From positions 1,056,001 through 1,120,000 of the forward strand of contig CAWDOD010000002.1 in the NCBI GenBank assembly GCA_963803805.1: 64,000 bases of DNA. Direction: 5' to 3'. This DNA is from an uncultured cyanobacterium (lineage in GTDB: Bacteria; Cyanobacteriota; Cyanobacteriia; Cyanobacteriales; CAWCAG01). A program made the position numbers and the translations under genes. Under the pieces are notes generated by a model. It ran no database searches and had not been told where the DNA came from. It worked only from the letters and a program-made list of their open reading frames with translations. Every line of letters starts with the position of its first letter. Within the stretch, counting starts at the first letter, position 1. Of the stretch, positions 58,109-64,000 are shown piece by piece.

Positions 58109-59044
58109 CTATTTTTCTTGACGTTTAGTGGGTTTAGGAGTGGGTTTAGGAAGAGGTTTACTAGTTGGTGATTTGTCTGTCTTAGGACGAGGACGATTCC
58201 CTGAAAAAGACTTGCGCCCTTGTTGGGGACGGCGACGGCGGTTGCCGCCAGGAGATTTTTTCCCTTTTCTTTTTTTGATTGGCATAACCCCAATGTCTGT
58301 AGCTTCTAGAAGTAACAGCTTGTCACCTTGGAGTTGTACCTGGAAGTCCCAAAAATGCCCTACAGCGCGATCGCTACTCAGATCACCACTAAGTTCCAAT
58401 TTAAAAAACTTTGTGCTTTCTGACTCCCGGCGAGGAGCTTGTTGAATTTTGACAACGACTTTTTCCTGTTCTTTGGAGTGATAAATCACCTCGCCACGAA
58501 TGGAGAAGAAGCCATCTTTAACATCATCAGAAGAAACATCTTCTGATGACTCTTCTTTGGTTGAGTCAACATCATCTGATTCTGTCTGACTTAAGGTTTC
58601 TGGCTCCCAGACACCCACAATCTGTACGTGTAAGTCACCATCATTTTGTCTGGTTCGAGGATAAACAACCCAAAGATGGGATTCCTCCAAATTCAAATGA
58701 TTTTTTACCAAACTAATAACGCGACCTAACAAAACAGAATCTAAGGGATTATCTTCTGAGGTAAAGAGGTTACCTCTAGTTAACTGCTCTTCGGAAGGTT
58801 GATATTTACCTCGAACCAAACCAATAGCCCGGTATTGCCTAGGCTCACTAGGTGGGGGAATTGGATGCTGTCGAGATGGGGGAGCCGAATTGAGTTTATT
58901 TGTATCATCAGAAGCTGATTTATCTGGCAAGCCAGAAGTTTTAGTTTCTGTGATTTCTGTTGAATCTGACAAGTTGGGTGGAACTGGCGAAGCTTCGCCA
59001 GAAGGTTGATTTGCTTGCTGAAAACCGTTTCCAGAGGGGTTCAT
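58109..59044 (-). CDS. Conserved cyanobacterial hypothetical protein with basic, disordered C-tail
   Basis: PIPPPSEPRQYRAIGLVRG, HLWVVYPRT, QIVGVWEP, FSIRGEV; start placed at ATG 59044 (AAGGA SD) rather than GTG 59068. Confidence 0.75.
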   Translation of the reverse strand: MNPSGNGFQQANQPSGEASPVPPNLSDSTEITETKTSGLPDKSASDDTNKLNSAPPSRQHPIPPPSEPRQYRAIGLVRGKYQPSEEQLTRGNLFTSEDNPLDSVLLGRVISLVKNHLNLEESHLWVVYPRTRQNDGDLHVQIVGVWEPETLSQTESDDVDSTKEESSEDVSSDDVKDGFFSIRGEVIYHSKEQEKVVVKIQQAPRRESESTKFFKLELSGDLSSDRAVGHFWDFQVQLQGDKLLLLEATDIGVMPIKKRKGKKSPGGNRRRRPQQGRKSFSGNRPRPKTDKSPTSKPLPKPTPKPTKRQEK

Positions 59045-59529
59045 AGAAAATCCTTGCAGCGGAGACACATTCCCTTATGGGAGTCAGTATGACATCCTAT
59101 TTAAAATAGAGTAGTTTCACCAGCATCTTTAGCTCCTTGAGTATTTATTTAATTGTTCCTATAGGAAAAGGAACAATCAATTTTAAGACTAAATGAACTT
59201 GCTGTTGACCTGCTCATTGTACTCAATGCAATAGGTTAAAAGGTATATCAGTACAATTTACTAAACTTTTTTTGATTACTTAATTTAATCTGTCAAAAAA
59301 TTCCTTTGTCTTAAATTCTCCCTAATCTAGATTTTAATCACTAACACAATAGTTTTAGGAATTATTACCCTCTCAATTAAAGCAAGCTTATTTTAGATAA
59401 AATAGCTAATAGGGCAGAGTGAGTTTGTGCCTATTCTCCTGTAACCTTTCTAATGGTAGTTCAATTTCTTAACTTAAAGATTTAACCTTCAGTTCAAGAG
59501 CAAATATTGTTTAGATAGAGTTTAAGATC

Positions 59530-60414
59530 GTGAGAGCATCCCAACAAAAGCGCAGCCGCTGGCTATATGCAAGTGTTGTCATATTAATCCTCATATTCGT
59601 TGGCTTTTCCATTTTACCTGTACTCAATACTGTTGTTAGAGACAATGTATCTTCTACCAAAACAAGGAGTACAGTCAGTGAAAATCGCCAAGAAGAGCTA
59701 GAAACTGAAGCGAGGGGTTATGAGTTGGTTCTAGAGCGCGAACCCAACAATACCGCCGCCCTCAGAGGTATTATTGACATCAAGCTACAACAGAACGATA
59801 TCCAAGGAACCATTAAGCCTTTGGAGACTTTAGCTAATCTTAAACCAGAACAAACTGATTACAAAGTATTATTAGCCCAAGCAAAACAGCAAGTCAGAGA
59901 TTATGATGGCTCGGCACAGGCTTATAATCAAGTTTTGGAGTTAAGACCAGGAAATATCAACGCTTTACAAGGACTAGTTGGTTTGATGTTACAGCAGGAT
60001 CGCCCCGAAGGTGCTGTTGGTTTACTTCAAGAGGAGTTGAAAAAAGCAAACCAAGCTAATGCTGTAGAACCAGATACCATTGATGCTACTTCTATTGAAT
60101 TGTTGTTAGGGCAAGTCTACGCTCAACAACAGCGTTATACTGAAGCCGTAGCTGTTTATGACCAAGCAATTGATAGTGATAAGCAAGATTTTCGTCCTGT
60201 ATTAGCTAAGGCTTTAGTGTTGCAACAGCAAGGCAAATATGCTGAGTCAAAGCCTCTATTTATTACTGCTGTTTCTTTAGCACCACCTAAATATAAAGAC
60301 CAAATTAAACAAATGGCTTTAGAACTACCGATTCCTGATGTGGTTCCTCCCCAAGCAAGCTCTGATAATGAAGCAACAGAGGAAAATGCTGCTGAAGCTA
60401 CTGAAGAAGAATAG
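59530..60414 (+). CDS. TPR-repeat protein with N-terminal TM
   Basis: GYELVLEREPNN..AL, DFRPVLAKA TPR-like repeats. Confidence 0.82.
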   Translation: MRASQQKRSRWLYASVVILILIFVGFSILPVLNTVVRDNVSSTKTRSTVSENRQEELETEARGYELVLEREPNNTAALRGIIDIKLQQNDIQGTIKPLETLANLKPEQTDYKVLLAQAKQQVRDYDGSAQAYNQVLELRPGNINALQGLVGLMLQQDRPEGAVGLLQEELKKANQANAVEPDTIDATSIELLLGQVYAQQQRYTEAVAVYDQAIDSDKQDFRPVLAKALVLQQQGKYAESKPLFITAVSLAPPKYKDQIKQMALELPIPDVVPPQASSDNEATEENAAEATEEE

Positions 60415-60607
60415 GGATTCTTGCCAAGAAAACTTTAGATACAAGGTGAAGACATTTGCCAATCAATAATATTTTTCTAGCAAATTTTAAGATTTTTAAC
60501 AAATAGTGTTGAGAATTATTTAAACTTGGTTGTTCTTCAAAGAGATTTTGAAGACAGCATGGTAACTTCAATGGGAGATTTGTAAATTATATTGAGTTAG
60601 AAAAAAT

Positions 60608-60814
60608 ATGTTGAACGTGCAGTCTACTCAAACAGAAGGGGAATTATTTCGCGAAGATATCAGCGAATATGTAGCTCAGCTACAACTCCATATGGCGTTG
60701 CAAGCACGTAACTTAGTTCCTAACCTGACTCAACAAGTAGCTGGCAGTAGAGAGCAGCTATTGCAAGAAACCCAGGCTAATATCGAAAAATTAGTTTCTC
60801 GTCAGGAAATCTAA
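60608..60814 (+). CDS. Small conserved cyanobacterial hypothetical protein
   Basis: YVAQLQLHMALQARNLVP...SREQLL.ETQA..EK. Confidence 0.7.
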   Translation: MLNVQSTQTEGELFREDISEYVAQLQLHMALQARNLVPNLTQQVAGSREQLLQETQANIEKLVSRQEI

Positions 60815-60825
60815 AACTGCAACTC

Positions 60826-62451
60826 TCACTCTAAAGTTTTTTGCTCTGGCTTTCTTTGAGTTTGATAGACATTAACTAGTCGATCAAAGCCCTTAAAGCG
60901 ACGGGTTTTCGAGTCAGTAAAAATGCTTGCATCTTTAAGTCGCTTGTAAGTTGCTTCACTAACTACGCACTCTCCTGGAGGGCAAACAGCTTCCATTCGA
61001 GAAGCCAAGTTTACTGCACCTCCTAAAACTGTATAGTCTACCCTTTGGGAACTACCTACATCTCCCACTACCGCCTTACCACTATTAATTGCTACACGCA
61101 GTTGTAGGGGGTGACTCCAAGTTTTCTTACTGTTGAGATGGTCAAGATGGTTTAGCATTTCCATTGTGGCTTTTACTGCTCTATCAGCATGATCAGCTTG
61201 GGGTTCAGGGGCTCCGAAAAAAGCCATGATACAGTCGCCAATAAATTTATCTAAAGTACCGCCGTATTTAAAGACTGGCTGTAGCATCTCCTCAAAGAAA
61301 CGATTCAGTAATTCGGCAATTTCCCCTGGACTTAAACGTTCAGAGAGGGCGCTAAAGCCTACTAAATCAGCAAAGAGAATCGTTATATCAGCTTCTTTGG
61401 GTGTTATGCGGCCATTTTCTATCGCCCCCAAAGAGAGCAATTGCTGCACAACAGCAGGAGAGTGATAGCGTTCCAGTTGCTGACGAATTTGAGCTTCTCC
61501 TTGCAGTTTCCTGGTCAACAACCAACGCTGTACACTAGAGGCCACTAAATTTGCTAAAGCCGAAAAAAAGCTCAAGTCATCTTCATCTACTTTGTCTGAC
61601 TCTGTTAAACGTAAATGAGCATCAGCATAAAGTACTCCTACTACTTCCTTTTCATCCCACAAAGGAACAGCTAAAGCACCACGTATACCATTGGCCAGAA
61701 TACTATTTTCTCCTTCAAAACGCTTATCAGTTTGAGCATCAACGGTTTTGATCGCTACTTTTTGCCCAAATACTTTTTTACAGATGCTACGGCTGATCCA
61801 ATTACTATCCTTTTTAAAATCCCGGTCTAGGGTCGGCGCTCTTGTGGCAGCGTCTATAATAGATAAATCTCCTGTGCCACGTACATCTACTAAAAGTGCT
61901 AAACGTCCAATATCTTTAAGTTCTCGGAAGACAACCTTTTGTACTTGCTGGAAAATCGCATCAATAGACTCTGCTGAGTTTAACCCTTTGGCAATTTCAA
62001 CTAAATCTTTGAGTCTGGCGATCGCTTGTTTTTGATTATCCTGAATGCTCTTATCTCGATCAGCCTTAATCCACTTTTGTTGCAGCTCTTCTGCGTTACG
62101 TAAAATTGTCCTTCTTTGGCTTCCTGGAGATAAAGGTAAGGTTTCTTTTGCAGCTTGTTGTGGTAAGTAAACAATGAGAACAACATTGCCAATTTGGATC
62201 ACATCTCCATGAGTGATCTTTTGGGGAGAGCCAGAATTGAGGCGAAAACGATTTAAAATAGTTCCATTGACACTATTCATGTCCTCAACAGTCCATTCTC
62301 CAACCTCTGTTTTTTTAATACAGGTATGGGAACGAGATACTTCAGGAAAAGGCAAACAAAGATCACACTCTGGCAAGCGGCCAATGATAAACTCATCTTT
62401 TGCCACATCCACTGTTTGATTTGTTTTTCCCTGAATGTGTAGACTTAGCAT
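60826..62451 (-). CDS. Class III adenylate cyclase, FHA-GAF-cyclase (CyaD-like)
   Basis: FHA (IGR...VSRSH...SVNGT), GAF, ILFADLVGFS, LDKFIGD, YTVLGGAVNLASRME. Confidence 0.9.
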   Translation of the reverse strand: MLSLHIQGKTNQTVDVAKDEFIIGRLPECDLCLPFPEVSRSHTCIKKTEVGEWTVEDMNSVNGTILNRFRLNSGSPQKITHGDVIQIGNVVLIVYLPQQAAKETLPLSPGSQRRTILRNAEELQQKWIKADRDKSIQDNQKQAIARLKDLVEIAKGLNSAESIDAIFQQVQKVVFRELKDIGRLALLVDVRGTGDLSIIDAATRAPTLDRDFKKDSNWISRSICKKVFGQKVAIKTVDAQTDKRFEGENSILANGIRGALAVPLWDEKEVVGVLYADAHLRLTESDKVDEDDLSFFSALANLVASSVQRWLLTRKLQGEAQIRQQLERYHSPAVVQQLLSLGAIENGRITPKEADITILFADLVGFSALSERLSPGEIAELLNRFFEEMLQPVFKYGGTLDKFIGDCIMAFFGAPEPQADHADRAVKATMEMLNHLDHLNSKKTWSHPLQLRVAINSGKAVVGDVGSSQRVDYTVLGGAVNLASRMEAVCPPGECVVSEATYKRLKDASIFTDSKTRRFKGFDRLVNVYQTQRKPEQKTLE

Positions 62452-63015
62452 AGATTCCTGTCTAGATGGACTTCCCTTACCCAGAGTCAGCTAGGGTTTG
62501 TCACCACTAAAAAATTGCATTATTAAGTTGCGGCTTAAATACTTCTACAATATGGGCAAACAATTTTCCCAGAAGCCGTAGTATTAAGCCACTTCTAGAA
62601 GTTACTTACTGAGAGTAATTGATAATAATAAATCCTTTGATAGATTGAGCAAATGCCATACAGGCGTTTGTCTGGTTGAATTAGAGGTTGAATGAGCTAA
62701 AACGATATTTAGGTGGCTAGATAAAGTATTAATCAATCTTACCGAAGTTGGATTTAAGTTCGCTGTAGAATTTGCTAATGGCTCAATATTTGTAGATGCT
62801 GTAGTCTGAAATCTTAAAATAGGTAAGACCAAGCAATGTTTCCCTGAAGTAGTTATTGACTTTTTTGGTTCTATATTAAATTCTAACTGATTTCTTCCGG
62901 GGTTAAATGCCAATTTTTAACTATGGCTACTCTACTTGGTCTTGCTACCAGTTTGAGGTCTAAATCAGTTAATCTTGCTCTTAATATTAATTTCTGTAGC
63001 ATTTTCATTTCATTT

Positions 63016-64000
63016 ATGAATAAAATTCTGTACCGAACAGCACTGAGTAGTGTTTTCGTAGGAAGTGTGTGGCTAGAATTAGCTACTATGGCTCAAGCAG
63101 AAACACCTCTATTTCTTTCCTATCCCCCTAATAATCACACCACTACTGCTTCACAAATATTCTTTATTGGCAGTGGAAATCCGGATATTGATGTCTCTGT
63201 TAATGGTGAAGTGATTGAACTTAGTTCTCAAGGATATTTTGCCCCCAGTTTCCCTTTACAAATAGGAGAAAACTTATTTACTGTTCGTCAAGGAAACCAA
63301 GAAGTTAAGCTAAACATAACCAGGGCTTCTGCGCAGCCTGTTATACCTCCAGGAGTAACCTTTGCTGAAAATTCCCTAACCCCCAAGACCGATCTAGCTA
63401 GATTGCCAGGAGAGTTAATTTGCTTTGGGGCGATCGCCCCAACTAATGCTACTGTTTCTGTACAAATAGGGACTGAAGATATTTCCTTATTTCCCCAAGA
63501 TTCAAGTACAGATTTACCATCTAACTCCGCTGCTTTAACTGCTGAGAATATTGCTGCTGCTAAGACTATTGGCAATCAATATCAAGGCTGTACCTCCTTT
63601 GCTAATCCAGGCAGTTTAGGGCCGCCTCTTTACCAAATGAGTTTAAATGGAGAAACTGTTAGTCAGAAAAGTTCTGGACAAGTAGAAATACTCGTTCCTC
63701 ACCAACTACAAACCGTTGAAGTAATAGTACCAGCAGGAGTTACCCAAACCGGCCCTAGTACCAATTATTCTCGCCTCACGCCTTTACCCCAAGGAACTAG
63801 AACTACTGTAACGGGCAAAGAAGGAGAATGGTTACGGTTGGATTATAGTGCTTGGATGAAAGCAGAAGAAACTCGTCCTTTACCAGGAATTATTCCCCCT
63901 CAATCTTTAATTCGTAGTATTATCTCTCGGAAAGTATCTGGAGCTACAGAAATAGTTTTTCCCTTACAAACGCCTGTACCAGTAAGTATAGAACAGGGTG
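63016..64000 (+). CDS. N-acetylmuramoyl-L-alanine amidase, N-terminal part; runs off the window
   Basis: Not in the ORF track. Manual translation MNKILYRTALSSVFVGSVWLELATMAQAETPLFLSYPPNNHTTTASQIFFIGSG...GYFAPSFPLQIGEN...TGPSTNYSRLTPLPQGT...GEWLRLDYSAW resembles the cyanobacterial amidase N-terminus with an SH3-like segment. The catalytic domain is not in the window. Confidence 0.7.
   Translation, partial: MNKILYRTALSSVFVGSVWLELATMAQAETPLFLSYPPNNHTTTASQIFFIGSGNPDIDVSVNGEVIELSSQGYFAPSFPLQIGENLFTVRQGNQEVKLNITRASAQPVIPPGVTFAENSLTPKTDLARLPGELICFGAIAPTNATVSVQIGTEDISLFPQDSSTDLPSNSAALTAENIAAAKTIGNQYQGCTSFANPGSLGPPLYQMSLNGETVSQKSSGQVEILVPHQLQTVEVIVPAGVTQTGPSTNYSRLTPLPQGTRTTVTGKEGEWLRLDYSAWMKAEETRPLPGIIPPQSLIRSIISRKVSGATEIVFPLQTPVPVSIEQG

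Noticed and set aside
62602-62913. 103-aa minus-strand ORF upstream of the cyclase
   Set aside because: Low-complexity Ser/Thr/Asn-rich sequence with no motif or clear SD; coding status unsupported
63288-63575. 95-aa minus-strand ORF
   Set aside because: Antisense to the amidase ORF starting at 63016

Overview
AT-rich cyanobacterial chromosomal segment. Evidence: recurrent HIP1 octamer GCGATCGC, heptamer short tandem repeats, and acsF, cpcT, fibrillin and ftsQ-ftsZ. It is mostly core and housekeeping genes: mraY, nadD-nrtR...nadE, frmA, an ECF sigma/anti-sigma/Spy operon, a Ctp protease, ftsQZ, acsF, cpcT, lipA, an adenylate cyclase and an amidase. There are also accessory islands. (1) A very AT-rich DUF262(GmrS-like)-Schlafen/AlbA_2 fusion runs off the left edge and is missed by the ORF track. 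(2) A glycosylation locus has two HpsE-like GT2s (one with an in-frame TGA), a GT4, two divergent paralogous GT-C-like membrane proteins and a DPM-synthase-like GT2. (3) xisI sits next to an xisH remnant. (4) There is an ATPase + STAND/WD40 pair. The most interesting signals are: a threonine-synthase paralogue plus sulfur-carrier operon behind a near-perfect IscR-type Rrf2 operator, alongside a DUF39 homocysteine enzyme elsewhere in the window; an NtcA-box-preceded cytoplasmic UrtA/AmiC-GAF histidine kinase; an frmA-sensor kinase operon; an apparent HIP1-to-HIP1 deletion scar in a Uma2 gene; and a structured leader containing a uORF. Two single-base losses in G runs (mraY and one GT-C gene) look like sequencing or assembly errors. 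All family assignments come from motif recognition by eye; no searches were run.
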